Shown here piece after piece: positions 37,001 to 50,730 of a DNA stretch of 62,580 nt. The stretch spans positions 1-62,580 of the forward strand of contig JAUCBJ010008004.1 of the NCBI GenBank assembly GCA_032718475.1, written 5' to 3'. The translations under genes and the position numbers were made by a program. Position 1 is the first letter of the stretch. Every line of letters begins with the position of its first letter. Under the pieces are notes generated by a model. It saw only the letters and a list, made by a program, of their open reading frames with translations. It had not been told where the DNA came from and did not search any database. The DNA comes from Nemertoderma westbladi (Eukaryota > Animalia > Xenacoelomorpha).

Positions 37001-40000
37001 GTGAAGTAGCCCGGATAGCACCTTGGTAGAACCTGAAGTAGCCCGGTTAGCACCTTGGTAGTACCTGAAGTAGCCCGGTTAGCACCTTGGTAGTACCTGA
37101 AGTAGCCCGGTTAGTACCTTGGTAGTACCTGAAGTAGCCCGGTTAGCACCTTGGTAGTACATGAAGTAGCCCGGTTAGCACCTTGGTAGTACATGAAGTA
37201 GCCCGGTTAGCACCTTTGTAGTACCTGAAGTAGCCCGGTTAGCACCTTGGTAGTACATGAAGTAGCCCGGTTAGCACCTTGGTAGTACATGAAGTAGCCC
37301 GGTTAGCACCTTTGTAGTACCTGAAGTAGCCCGGTTAGCACCTTTGTAGTACCTGAAGTAGCCCGGTTAGCACCTTGGTAGTACCTGAAGTAGCCCGGTT
37401 AGCACCTTTGTAGTACCTGAAGTAGCCCGGTTAGCACCTTGGTAGTACCTGAAGTAGCCCGGTTAGCACCTTTGTAGTACCTGAAGTAGCCCGGTTAGCA
37501 CCTTGGTAGTACCTGAAGTAGCCCGGTTAGCACCTTTGTAGTACCTGAAGTAGCCCGGTTAGCACCTTTGTAGTACCTGAAGTAGCCCGGTTAGCACCTT
37601 TGTAGTACCTGAAGTAGCCCGGTTAGCACCTTTGTAGTACCTGAAGTAGCCCGGTTAGCACCTTTGTAGTACCTGAAGTAGCCCGGTTAGCACCTTTGTA
37701 GTACATGAAGTAGCCCGGTTAGCACCTTGGTAGTACCTGAAGTAGCCCGGTTAGCACCTTTGTAGTACCTGAAGTAGCCCGGTTAGCACCTTTGTAGTAC
37801 ATGAAGTAGCCCGGTTAGCACCTTGGTAGTACATGAAGTAGCCCGGTTAGCACCTTGGTAGAACCTGAAGTAGCCCGGTTAGCACCTTGGTTGAACCTGA
37901 AGTAGTCCGGTTAGCACCTTGGTAGTACATGAAGTAGCCCGGTTAGCACCTTGGTAGTACATGAAGTAGCCCGGTTAGCACCTTGGTAGAACCTGAAGTA
38001 GCCCGGTTAGCACCTTGGTTGAACCTGAAGTAGTCCGGTTAGCACCTTGGTAGTACATGAAGTAGCCCGGTTAGCACCTTTGTAGTACCTGAAGTAGCCC
38101 GGTTAGCACCTTGGTAGAACCTGAAGTAGCCCGGTTAGCACATTGGTAGAACCTGAAATAGCCCGGTTAGCACCTTGGTAGAACCTGAAGTAGCCCGGTT
38201 AGCACCTTGGTAGTACCTGAAGTAGCCCGGTTAGCACCTTGGTTTGGTAGTACCTGAAGTAGCCCGGTTAGCACCTTGGTAGAACCTGAAGTAGCCCGGT
38301 TAGCACCTTGGTAGTACCTGAAGTAGCTCTGTTAGCACCTTGGTAGAACCTGAAGTAGCCCGGTTAGCACCTTGGTAGAACCTGAAGTAGCACGGTTAGC
38401 ACCTTGGTAGTACCTGAAGTAGCCCGGTTAGCACCTTGGTAGAACCTGAAGTAGCCCGGTTAGCATCTTGATAATACGTGAAGTAACCCTGTTAGCACCT
38501 TGGTAGAACCTGAAGTAGCCCGGTTAGCACATTGGTAGAACCTGAAGTGGCCCGGTTAGCACCTTGGTAGTACCTGAAGTAGTCCGGTTAGCACCTTGGT
38601 AGTACCTGAAGTAGCCCGGTTAGTACCTTGGTAGTACCTGAAGTAGCCCGGTTAGCACCTTGGTAGTACATGAAGTAGCCCGGTTAGCACCTTGGTAGTA
38701 CATGAAGTAGCCCGGTTAGCACCTTTGTAGTACCTGAAGTAGCCCGGTTAGCACCTTGGTAGAACCTGAAGTAGCCCGGTTAGCACCTTGGTAGTACATG
38801 AAGTAGCCCGGTTAGCACCTTTGTAGTACCTGAAGTAGCCCGGTTAGCACCTTGGTAGAACCTGAAGTAGCCCGGTTAGCACCTTGGTAGTACATGAAGT
38901 AGCCCGGTTAGCACCTTGGTAGTACATGAAGTAGCCCGGTTAGCACCTTTGTAGTACCTGAAGTAGCCCGGTTAGCACCTTTGTAGTACCTGAAGTAGCC
39001 CGGTTAGCACCTTGGTAGTACCTGAAGTAGCCCGGTTAGCACCTTTGTAGTACCTGAAGTAGCCCGGTTAGCACCTTTGTAGTACCTGAAGTAGCCCGGT
39101 TAGCACCTTTGTAGTACATGAAGTAGCCCGGTTAGCACCTTGGTAGTACATGAAGTAGCCCGGTTAGCACCTTTGTAGTACCTGAAGTAGCCCGGTTAGC
39201 ACCTTTGTAGTACCTGAAGTAGCCCGGTTAGCACCTTGGTAGTACCTGAAGTAGCCCGGTTAGCACCTTTGTAGTACCTGAAGTAGCCCGGTTAGCACCT
39301 TTGTAGTACCTGAAGTAGCCCGGTTAGCACCTTGGTAGTACCTGAAGTAGCCCGGTTAGCACCTTTGTAGTACATGAAGTAGCCCGGTTAGCACCTTTGT
39401 AGTACCTGAAGTAGCCCGGTTAGCACCTTGGTAGAACCTGAAGTAGCCCGGTTAGCACCTTGGTAGTACATGAAGTAGCCCGGTTAGCACCTTTGTAGTA
39501 CCTGAAGTAGCCCGGTTAGCACCTTGGTAGAACCTGAAGTAGCCCGGTTAGCACCTTGGTAGTACATGAAGTAGCCCGGTTAGCACCTTGGTAGTACATG
39601 AAGTAGCCCGGTTAGCACCTTTGTAGTACCTGAAGTAGCCCGGTTAGCACCTTGGTAGTACCTGAAGTAGCCCGGTTAGCACCTTGGTAGTACCTGAAGT
39701 AGCCCGGTTAGCACCTTTGTAGTACCTGAAGTAGCCCGGTTAGCACCTTTGTAGTACCTGAAGTAGCCCGGTTAGCACCTTTGTAGTACCTGAAGTAGCC
39801 CGGTTAGCACCTTGGTAGTACCTGAAGTAGCCCGGTTAGCACCTTTGTAGTACCTGAAGTAGCCCGGTTAGCACCTTTGTAGTACCTGAAGTAGCCCGGT
39901 TAGCACCTTGGTAGTACCTGAAGTAGCCCGGTTAGCACCTTTGTAGTACCTGAAGTAGCCCGGTTAGCACCTTTGTAGTACCTGAAGTAGCCCGGTTAGC

Positions 40001-43000
40001 ACCTTTGTAGTACCTGAAGTAACCCTGTTAGCACCTTGGTAGAACCTGAAGTAGCCCGGTTAGCACCTTGGTAGTACCTGAAGTAGCCCGGTTAGCACCT
40101 TGGTAGTACCTGAAGTAGCCCGGTTAGCACCTTTGTAGTACCTGAAGTAGCCCGGTTAGCACCTTGGTAGTACCTGAAGTAGCCCGGTTAGCACCTTGGT
40201 AGAACCTGAAGTAGCCCGGTTAGCACCTTTGTAGTACCTGAAGTAGCCCGGTTAGCACCTTGGTAGTACCTGAAGTAGCCCGGTTAGCACCTTGGTAGAA
40301 CCTGAAGTAGCCCGGTTAGCACCTTGGTAGTACCTGAAGTAGCCCGGTTAGCACCTTGTTGGTAGTACCTGAAGTAGCCCGGTTAGCACCTTGGTAGAAC
40401 CTGAAGTAGCCCGGTTAGCACCTTGGTAGTACCTGAAGTAGCCCGGTTAGCACCTTGGTAGAACCTGAAGTAGCCCGGTTAGCACCTTGGTAGAACCTGA
40501 AGTAGCTCGGTTAGCATCTTGATAATACGTGAAGTAACCCTGTTAGCACCTTGGTAGAACCTGAAGTAGCCCGGTTAGCACATTGGTAGAACCTGAAGTG
40601 GCCCGGTTAGCACCTTGGTAGAACCTGAAGTAGCCCGGTTAGCATCTTGATAATACGTGAAGTAACCCTGTTAGCACCTTGGTAGAACCTGAAGTAGCCC
40701 GGTTAGCACATTGGTAGAACCTGAAGTGGCCCGGTTAGCACCTTGGTAGAACCTGAAGTAGCCCGGTTAGCACCTTGGTTGAACCTGAAGTAGTCCGGTT
40801 AGCACCTTGGTAGTACATGAAGTAGCCCGGTTAGCACCTTTGTAGTACCTGAAGTAGCCCGGTTAGCACCTTGGTAGTACCTGAAGTAGTCCGGTTAGCA
40901 CCTTGGTAGTACATGAAGTAGCCCGGTTAGCACCTTTGTAGTACCTGAAGTAGCCCGGTTAGCACCTTGGTAGAACCTGAAGTAGTCCGGTTAGCACCTT
41001 GGTAGTACATGAAGTAGCCCGGTTAGCACCTTGGTAGTACATGAAGTAGCCCGGTTAGCACCTTGGTAGTACGTGAAGTAGCCCGGTTAGCACCTTGGTA
41101 GTACCTGAAGTAGTCCGGTTAGCACCTTGGTAGTACATGAAGTAGCCCGGTTAGTACCTTGGTAGTACCTGAAGTAGCCCGGTTAGCACCTTGGTAGTAC
41201 ATGAAGTAGCCCGGTTAGCACCTTGGTAGTACATGAAGTAGCCCGGTTAGCACCTTTGTAGTACCTGAAGTAGCCCGGTTAGCACCTTGGTAGTACCTGA
41301 AGTAGCCCGGTTAGCACCTTGGTTGAACCTGAAGTAGCCCGGTTAGCACCTTGGTAGAACCTGAAGTAGCCCGGTTAGCACATTGGTAGTACCTGAAGTA
41401 GTCCGGTTAGCACCTTGGTAGTACCTGAAGTAGCCCGGTTAGCACCTTGGTTGAACCTGAAGTAGCACGGTTAGCACCTTGGTAGTACCTGAAGTAGCCC
41501 GGTTAGCACCTTGGTAGAACCTGAAGTAGCCCGGTTAGCACATTGGTAGTACCTGAAGTAGTCCGGTTAGCACCTTGGTAGTACCTGAAGTAGCCCGGTT
41601 AGCACCTTGGTTGAACCTGAAGTAGCACGGTTAGCACCTTGGTAGTACCTGAAGTAGCCCGGTTAGCACCTTGGTAGAACCTGAAGTAGCCCGGTTAGCA
41701 CATTGGTAGAACCTGAAGTGGCCCGGTTAGCACCTTGGTAGTACCTGAAGTAGTCCGGTTAGCACCTTGGTAGAACCTGAAGTAGCCCGGTTAGCACCTT
41801 GGTAGAACCTGAAGTAGCCCGGTTAGCACCTTGGTAGTACATGAAGTAGCCCGGTTAGCACCTTGGTTGAACCTGAAGTAGCACGGTTAGCACCTTGGTA
41901 GTACCTGAAGTAGCCCGGTTAGCACCTTGGTAGTACATGAAGTAGCCCGGTTAGCACCTTGGTAGTACATGAAGTAGCCCGGTTAGCACCTTGGTAGTAC
42001 CTGAAGTAGCCCGGTTAGCACCTTGGTAGTACATGAAGTAGCCCGGTTAGCACCTTGGTAGTACATGAAGTAGCCCGGTTAGCACCTTGGTAGAACCTGA
42101 AGTAGCCCGGTTAGCATCTTGATAATACGTGAAGTAACCCTGTTAGCACCTTGGTAGAACCTGAAGTAGCCCGGTTAGCACATTGGTAGAACCTGAAGTG
42201 GCCCGGTTAGCACCTTGGTTTGGTAGTACCTGAAGTAGTCCGGTTAGCACCTTGGTAGTACCTGAAGTAGTCCGGTTAGCACCTTGGTAGAACCTGAAGT
42301 AGCCCGGTTAGCACCTTGGTAGAACCTGAAGTAGCCCGGTTAGCACCTTGGTAGTACCTGAAGTAGTCCGGTTAGCACCTTGGTAGTACCTGAAGTAGCC
42401 CGGTTAGCACCTTTGTAGTACCTGAAGTAGCCCGGTTAGCACCTTGGTAGTACCTGAAGTAGTCCGGTTAGCACCTTGGTAGTACCTGAAGTAGTCCGGT
42501 TAGCACCTTGGTAGTACCTGAAGTAGTCCGGTTAGCACCTTGGTAGAACCTGAAGTAGCCCGGTTAGCACCTTGGTAGTACATGAAGTAGCCCGGTTAGC
42601 ACCTTGGTAGAACCTGAAGTAGTCCGGTTAGCACCTTGGTAGTACCTGAAGTAGTCCGGTTAGCACCTTGGTAGAACCTGAAGTAGTCCGGTTAGCACCT
42701 TGGTAGTACATGAAGTAGCCCGGTTAGCACCTTGGTAGAACCTGAAGTAGTCCGGTTAGCACCTTGGTAGTACATGAAGTAGCCCGGTTAGCACCTTGGT
42801 AGAACCTGAAGTAGTCCGGTTAGCACCTTGGTAGTACATGAAGTAGCCCGGTTAGCACCTTGGTAGAACCTGAAGTAGTCCGGTTAGCACCTTGGTAGTA
42901 CATGAAGTAGCCCGGTTAGCACCTTGGTAGAACCTGAAGTAGCCCGGTTAGCACCTTGGTAGAACCTGAAGTAGTCCGGTTAGCACCTTTGTAGTACCTG

Positions 43001-45128
43001 AAGTAGTCCGGTTAGCACCTTGGTAGTACCTGAAGTAGTCCGGTTAGCACCTTGGTAGTACCTGAAGTAGCCCGGTTAGCACCTTGGTAGTACCTGAAGT
43101 AGTCCGGTTAGCACCTTGGTAGAACCTGAAGTAGCCCGGTTAGCACCTTGGTAGTACATGAAGTAGCCCGGTTAGCACCTTTGTAGTACCTGAAGTAGCC
43201 CGGTTAGCACCTTGGTAGTACCTGAAGTAGCCCGGTTAGCACCTTGGTAGAACCTGAAGTAGCCCGGTTAGCATCTTGGTAATACGTGAAGTAACCCTGT
43301 TAGCACCTTGGTAGAACCTGAAGTAGCCCGGTTAGCACCTTGGTAATACGTGAAGTAGCCCGGTTAGCACATTGGTAGAACCTGAAGTGGCCCGGTTAGC
43401 ACCTTGGTAGTACCTGAAGTAGCCCGGTTAGCACCTTGGTAGTACCTGAAGTGGCCCGGTTAGCACCTTGGTAATACGTGAAGTAGCCCGGATAGCACCT
43501 TGGTAGAACCTGAAGTAGCCCGGTTAGCACCTTTGTAGTACCTGAAGTAGCCCGGTTAGCACCTTGGTAGAACCTGAAGTAGCCCGATTAGCACATTGGT
43601 AGAACCTGAAGTAGCCCGGTTAGCACCTTGGTAGTACCTGAAGTAGCCCGGTTAGCACCTTGGGAGTACCTGAAGTAGCCCGGATAGCACCTTGGTAGAA
43701 CCTGAAGTAGCCCGGTTAGCACCTTTGTAGTACCTGAAGTAGCCCGGTTAGCACCTTGGTAGAACCTGAAGTAGCCCGGTTAGCACCTTTGTAGTACCTG
43801 AAGTAGCCCGATTAGCACATTGGTAGAACCTGAAGTAGCCCGGTTAGCACCTTTGTAGTACCTGAAGTAGCCCGGTTAGCACCTTGGTAGAACCTGAAGT
43901 AGCCCGATTAGCACATTGGTAGAACCTGAAGTAACCCGGTTAGCACCTTGGTAGAACCTGAAGTAGCCCGGTTAGCACCTTGGTAGTACCTGAAGTAGCC
44001 CGGTTAGCACCTTGGTAGTACCTGAAGTAGCCCGGTTAGCACCTTGGGAGTACCTGAAGTAGCCCGGTGAGCACCTTGGTAGTACCTGAAGTAGCCCGGT
44101 TAGCACATTGGTAGAACCTGAAATAGCCCGGTTAGCACCTTGGTAGAACCTGAAGTAGCTCGGTTAGCACCTTGGTAGTACCTGAAGTAGCCCGGTTAGC
44201 ACCTTGGTAGTACCTGAAGTAGCCCGGTTAGCACCTTGGTAGTACCTGAAGTAGCCCGGTTAGCACCTTGGTAGAACCTGAAGTAGCCCGGTTAGCACCT
44301 TGGTAGAACCTGAAGTAGCCCGGTTAGCACCTTGGTAGAACCTGAAGTAGCCCGGTTAGCACCTTTGTAGTACCTGAAGTAGCCCGATTAGCACATTGGT
44401 AGAACCTGAAGTAGCCCGGTTAGCACCTTTGTAGTACCTGAAGTAGCCCGGTTAGCACCTTGGTAGAACCTGAAGTAACCCGGTTAGCACCTTGGTAGAA
44501 CCTGAAGTAGCCCGGTTAGCACCTTGGTAGAACCTGAAGTAGCCCGGTTAGCACCTTTGTAGTACCTGAAGTAGCCCGATTAGCACATTGGTAGAACCTG
44601 AAGTAGCCCGGTTAGCACCTTTGTAGTACCTGAAGTAGCCCGGTTAGCACCTTGGTAGAACCTGAAGTAGCCCGATTAGCACATTGGTAGAACCTGAAGT
44701 AACCCGGTTAGCACCTTGGTAGAACCTGAAGTAGCCCGGTTAGCACCTTGGTAGTACCTGAAGTAGCCCGGTTAGCACCTTGGTAGTACCTGAAGTAGCC
44801 CGGTTAGCACCTTGGGAGTACCTGAAGTAGCCCGGTGAGCACCTTGGTAGTACCTGAAGTAGCCCGGTTAGCACATTGGTAGAACCTGAAATAGCCCGGT
44901 TAGCACCTTGGTAGTACCTGAAGTGGCCCGGTTAGCACCTTGGTAATACGTGAAGTAGCCCGGATAGCACCTTGGTAGAACCTGAAGTAGCCCGGTTAGC
45001 ACCTTGGTAGTACCTGAAGTAGCCCGGTTAGCACCTTGGTAGTACCTGAAGTAGCCCGGTTAGCACCTTGGTAGTACCTGAAGTAGCCCGGTTAGCACCT
45101 TGGTACTACCTGAAGTAGCCCCTTGGTG
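31085..45128. repeat. 32-bp satellite, ~14 kb, ~440 copies (CCTGAAGTAGCCCGGTTAGCACCTTGGTAGTA), inside CAND1 intron 4
   Basis: 32-bp periodicity (31085, 31117, ...), regional variant domains and block duplications. Confidence 0.98.
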
Positions 45129-45380
45129 TTTAATTTCAGACAACTTAGACCCATTAACTTAAACCAGTTTGTTGGTAATTCTTACACTATTATGGATCCG
45201 CTGGCTACCGATTTATCTCTAAAGGTTCGTTTTCATAACGTGTGTGTGTGTGTATGTACTGTAATATGTATGTATGTATGTGTTGTGGGTGTAGGTGGGG
45301 GTGTGTGTGTATGAGGATGTGTACATTATTTTAACTCCCTCCATAGAAAAGGCGTTAAACAACTTAAACTTAAACAACTA

Positions 45381-45481
45381 TATTATTCTCACACCTTTTA
45401 CATTATTCTCACACCTTTTACATTATTCTCACACCTTTTACATTATTCTCACACCTTTTACATTATTCTCACACCTTTTAC
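45381..45481. repeat. 20-bp minisatellite, 5 copies (CATTATTCTCACACCTTTTA)
   Basis: Direct tandem copies. Confidence 0.95.
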
Positions 45482-46357
45482 AATACGCTATTGAATTCAT
45501 AACTTGTTTGTAATTACACATTGAATCCTATGCATCCCTAATTAAATTTACATTTATAGCATCATAGGTACTTCCATAGGTACATCTACCTATGTACATA
45601 CTTCCGTCCACTCACCAATTCTTATACTAGCTATTTTTATGGTCTAGAAAGTGTTCCTTATTCGTAAATAAAATAGTTTCAGAACAAGATTTTCTTATTC
45701 TAGAATGTTTTTTAAACAATTTTTGTCTCTTTTAACATGGACTCAAAGAAAATTAGTTGTTCTAGAACCATTTTAATAACACCTCCTAAGAATGTTTTAG
45801 AACATTTCAAACAAATCTTTAGAAATTAGATAGTTTATAAAATGGGAGGGGTGTTGATGGTGTTGGGTATAGGGTACACCCTGACCCTACCCATTTTTCT
45901 CCAGGTATTTATTTACCAGCGCCAGCGAGGTTAATAAAGGGTTGAGACAATATTGAAAAAATAGTTATTATTGCTTCCATAGTTACTGCTATTGTAATTA
46001 CTGTACTCCTTCAACTCTCGATGTTGCCTTACTCAATGTTAAATAATTTAGTGTTCTCGAATATTTGTTACGTAACTAGAGAGCCGCCAATATTGGATAT
46101 TTAGTTCCGTTTTGGAGTTCCCCTTGCAGACACTAAAGTTACAATAACTTTGGAGTGAGTGAATAGATTTTACTAAAATCACTTAAACCTTTTCTACGTC
46201 GATGCTCTTTCAACACATATTTTCACAATTTACTTATTAGTAAAATTAATGTAATAAAAAAAAGAAATAAAAAAAAAGTAAATATCCTTTTCTCCGGATT
46301 TTGGTTTATATTCAGGCGAAAAAGGGAAAATCATTAAATCAATAAATAAACTCCCAC

Positions 46358-46945
46358 CTGGTAAATTGGTTTACAAAGAGTTGGGAGTAAGTGGGAGAAG
46401 TTGAAGGCCGGTGATACGGTTGACAAGGGAGAGATGACCAGAGTTGATAAGAATTCTAGAACAGCCTGTAACACCGCCCCCTGGAGGAGGGCGGAGGTTA
46501 GGAGAAGGACAACCGAGGTGATTACTCTCTCTAAGTTGGGTTGAATAGCCTGGGGGTGGGTAGAGCAGATAAGGGAACACAGATTCAGGGAGAGTTGGCT
46601 CACGTGGAGGTCGTTCTCGTTAATGATATCCGGGAGTTCCGTCGTTACCAACAAGGCCATCGAGTCGCTTATAACGTGTCTGTCCGCAGCTCGGAACAGA
46701 GTAGATAGACAGGCCAAGGTCTGGAGTTTCAGAGCTCGTTGGTTCTTCCTTAGGAATGAGGCGAGCAGGGGGAATGCGTCTGTTAGGGCGACGGACAGGT
46801 CTATAAGAAGGGGGGACGTAGCGACAAGAGTGAGAGCCCGGACGGCGGTTAGCCGGGTTATCTCGTTACCGAGTCTCTCCGCGAGTATACGGAGGGCGGA
46901 GTCGAGACTACTCCGTGGTAGACCGTCTCCCATGTTGTAGATAAT
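46358..46945 (-). CDS. CAND1: CAND1 coding exon 4
   Basis: cttttag|IIYNMGD...ERLGNEITRLTAVRAL...FLRKNQRALK...ENDLHVSQL...PIYQ|gtggga; 588 nt, phase 0. Confidence 0.95.
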
Positions 46946-49506
46946 CTAAAAGTAAATAATTTTATTGAGATTCATTGGAATATTCATACCGTCAGAGCCG
47001 TGACCTACACAATCCTGAATGGAGAGACAAGAACTGTAATGAACTGTAATGTTATTATTAAATGATGGACGGGTTGGATGGATTTTGAAATTTTGTTCAA
47101 AAATTTAATAATTAATTAAAACCAGAAAGACTTTAATTCTTAAGAATTATAAGTAAAACAATAAATTTGACTACTCCATGTGTTACCGGTACAGTACCGG
47201 TTACCGGTAGAGGCTTTAGTTGATCGGCAGTCAGTATACAGACACCGTCGCTTCACCAACACGTATCGGTACCGACAATACCTGTACCTCGTTAAACATA
47301 CCGGCTCCGATACCTAACACTAGCTGCAGTAGGCCTATCTTTACCAACCGGTACCGGTACATTATACTGATAGACAGTAAAATGAAAGTAAATAATTGGC
47401 TACCTGAACCGGGTGTACCTTTGCGACTTTACATCACCCGTCGGAAATAGTTTAACATTATGTAAGACAGAGCTTTATAATTACTGAGATACATAATATA
47501 TTTTTTAAAGAATAAAATAAGGTTTCCTGCTTATTGAGATAGACCCGGTTTTGGGTTTTTAAGCGACACCGAAAACCCCCGTAAATATAATTTTACCTTG
47601 AAGGTGTGCTTCCTTCATGTAAGACACTATTAACCAACCAGACCCCATACGGGTAGTTTTGCGCGGGAAGGTTTGAACTTTCAAGGCGATTATCTCAGAA
47701 TGACATTTTTCGCACAAAAAATACTACTTCTCAGCCAATACCTAACGGTTTTTTGCAATTTTTGATTTATATGATTCGGTAATTTCATAAGCTTCAATAA
47801 ATTTTGGCCATTTTTCTTCATTTAATGCAAAGTTAGGAAAAAACATTGGTTTTTTGATTTTTTTTTTAAATTTCGATTTTTTTTTACAAAATTGCAAATT
47901 ATAATAAATGGAAAATGAAAATGATAATAAAAAAAGTGGCCGTCAAATATAATGAAAATGAACATGCTGGTTCCAAAAAATGTGGTATCGAAAAATAAAA
48001 ATGGAAAATAACGGAGGATTAATCTTTTTAGCGATATTTTTTAAATCTCACGCCCGCCGCTAGGGGGCGGGGCGCCAACCAAATATTTTTGTTCATTCTC
48101 TTTCCGATGGAATATCGTTTCCTATGGATTTTTCAACCACATTGGTGATATACAAATATAAAATGGGGCTTAACCACCCACCAATCAAAGAAACGGGGAC
48201 AGTATATACGTGTTCCTACCCTTTTAATCTGCACCCCAACCCAAAGGCACAGACGGTACCAGATGTCGATGTAGTAATGATACAGAAATATTATTAAATT
48301 AACATTCATTACAATTAATTTACTATTATAGTATAAAATAATTTCCATGAAAGAACAAGCTGAAAATTGATTGGCTGAGTTATTAACGTTTATTAGGATC
48401 TACAGATCTACAGTGATACACATTGGTTGAGATAGTGGTACCCGTATGGCCGTATGCTAAGCTCCCTTAGCAGAGTAAACTGCTCTATGGGACCGTTTCC
48501 CAGGTTGCGGATCGGGATAACATTTCACACATCGCACGATTTGTGATTGTGATTTGTCTGCTTATACGATTGTGTATTAACATTAGACGGGAGGCAGTTT
48601 GTTTGGTTGATGTAAGTCATTCTTGGTCTGCATCTTCCAATCCCATCTGTTTCTTGGAGTCTGTGTGATACATGCTCGTTACGGCGGCGGCGACAGAATC
48701 CATATACTGGGAGGTCAGTCTCGGGGCCGCTCAGTATACGTGCAGGTTGGGGGTGCCGGCGGTACGCGAGTACACACCACCTTCATGCCATACCTGGCCT
48801 GGGTATGGTCATTATGGTCTTGGGTCAGAGGACGCGCATACGTTGACCACCACTGTTGCACACACGGATGACTATTGACACACACCCACACCGATTACAC
48901 GAGGCATACAAGGACGGCAGATAAAATGTGAGTTATGCATCACCGATATCTTATATTTTATTTAGGTAATGTTACTTATAATTTATTTTGCAGGACGTAA
49001 AACCAATTATGTCTTTCTAATATTTTTGTTGATTTTCAGTCTCGTATATTATTATATAACTAGACATGTTTATGGTATCCTGTCAGATCAATTATAATCA
49101 AACCTAGTGAATTGTTTATCTTATAGTGAACAACATAATATCCCATCAATTAACATAAACAGTATCTCCCAGAAGAGACCTTAAAACCATAAAATTAACC
49201 TTATAGCCAATTGGTGTATTGTAGGTATATTACCCTTATATGCCTGACTTGAAGACTCTTAATAGAACGTACCTTATAAGTCCGAGCTACAATATAGAAT
49301 GAATACTAAGCTCGCAATTGCGTGGCTCGCCCCATATGATCAAGGTTGTGAACAGGCTGACCCCGTGGCAGTATAATTGCAGGGTGGGGCTGGGTCTTCG
49401 GCATGAGGTACCACCGTAATGAGAGATCACCTCTTAAGGTACACGGATTAGGTATCCAGTAAGAGCACAACGAGGAGTACAGCGTACCGTACGAGTATAA
49501 ACCAAC

Positions 49507-50241
49507 CTGGGACGTAGTAGTTATGGCTCTCTCCTTGACTTCCTGGTCTATATCCTTAGCAGCCAGTGACGTCATCGAAGCTTCGAATAAAGGGACGACG
49601 TAACGGGAGTAATTGAACTCGACGGGCGGTACAACCTGAGCTTCGAGAGGGCGGATGATCTTAGCGAGGTGTTGGATAGCGAGCAGCGACTCCGAGCTGA
49701 TCTTATAGAAGGCGTCGGAGACGGAGACGAGAACCGATTCCAGGATGACCTCGATGTGGGGGTAGAAGATCTGGTTGTTGGCGTCGTCGAGGGGTCGACA
49801 GACGAGTAGGTTCCGTAGGAAGGCGAGAGCGTCGAGTTTAATAGCAGAGCTAGTGGAGGAGTCGACGAGGGAGTGGCGGAGGCCAGGGATAACGTTGGTA
49901 AGATGGGGGTCGAGACATCCCGGGAGAGTGGCGACCAGTTGGGAGAGAAGATGGAAACAACCGCTCCGCGTTCGGAAGGAACGGACTCTCATCTGTTTGT
50001 AGACGGAGCCGACAATGGCCGGGACCTGGGAGGCCGCCGCCGATACGGCCTCCGGACACACGGGGGCGCTAATCGTACGGGTCAGCAGACCGACGTAGGT
50101 CGAGAATATATCGAGTTTAACGTTCTCCTCGCGTTCCTTAAACCGCGATATCAGACGGGGGGAGACCTCCGCGTACAGAGGCGTCACGAAGCGCGACGTC
50201 ATTATAACGCAACCGAGACATTTAACCGCCGCTCGTCGGAC
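49507..50241 (-). CDS. CAND1: CAND1 coding exon 3
   Basis: tttaag|VRRAAVKCL...RFKEREENVK...DAFYKISSESL...DIDQEVKERAITTTSQ|gttggt; 735 nt. Confidence 0.95.
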
Positions 50242-50344
50242 CTTAAATATTAATTAATTAATTAATTAGATGCGACGATAAGGTACCGTAATACATCTGC
50301 ATCACTGTTAGTAGGCTAGACTGTAGATAAATCGCTCTACTAAC

Positions 50345-50730
50345 CTTCCAGGATATATCGTCCTCGTCGGAATACTCGGACCCGGAACCGGACTCCTCAT
50401 CCGATCCCTCCATCCCGACATCCATCCCCTCGTCGTAGTTGTAGTTGGGGTCGTACTGAATGAACCGCAGACACACCGCGGTGATGGCGGGGATGTGGGC
50501 AGTCACATCGCGCGCGTTGCGACGGACAACCGCGTCGAAGCATTGGAAACATTGTTCGCGCAGTTCGTCGTCCGGGGTGGCGTCCGCGAAGGCCATGAGT
50601 AGCGGTACGAAGGCGGGTAGGTACGAGCGGATCCGCAGGGAGGTTCCTGATTGGCGGGTCACGGAGGCCAGACATTGTATGTACGTACGGTGCAGCCCTG
50701 ACTCAGTCGTCTGGTGGGACTCGAGTTTAC
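50345..50730 (-). CDS. CAND1: CAND1 coding exon 2
   Basis: ttaaag|..RTYIQCLASVTRQSG..DDELREQC..YDPNYNY..YSDEDDISWK|gttagt. Confidence 0.95.

Noticed and set aside
31085-45128. CRISPR-like appearance of the 30-39 bp repeat arrays
   Set aside because: Units are contiguous with no unique spacers, there are no cas genes, and the context is a eukaryotic intron.
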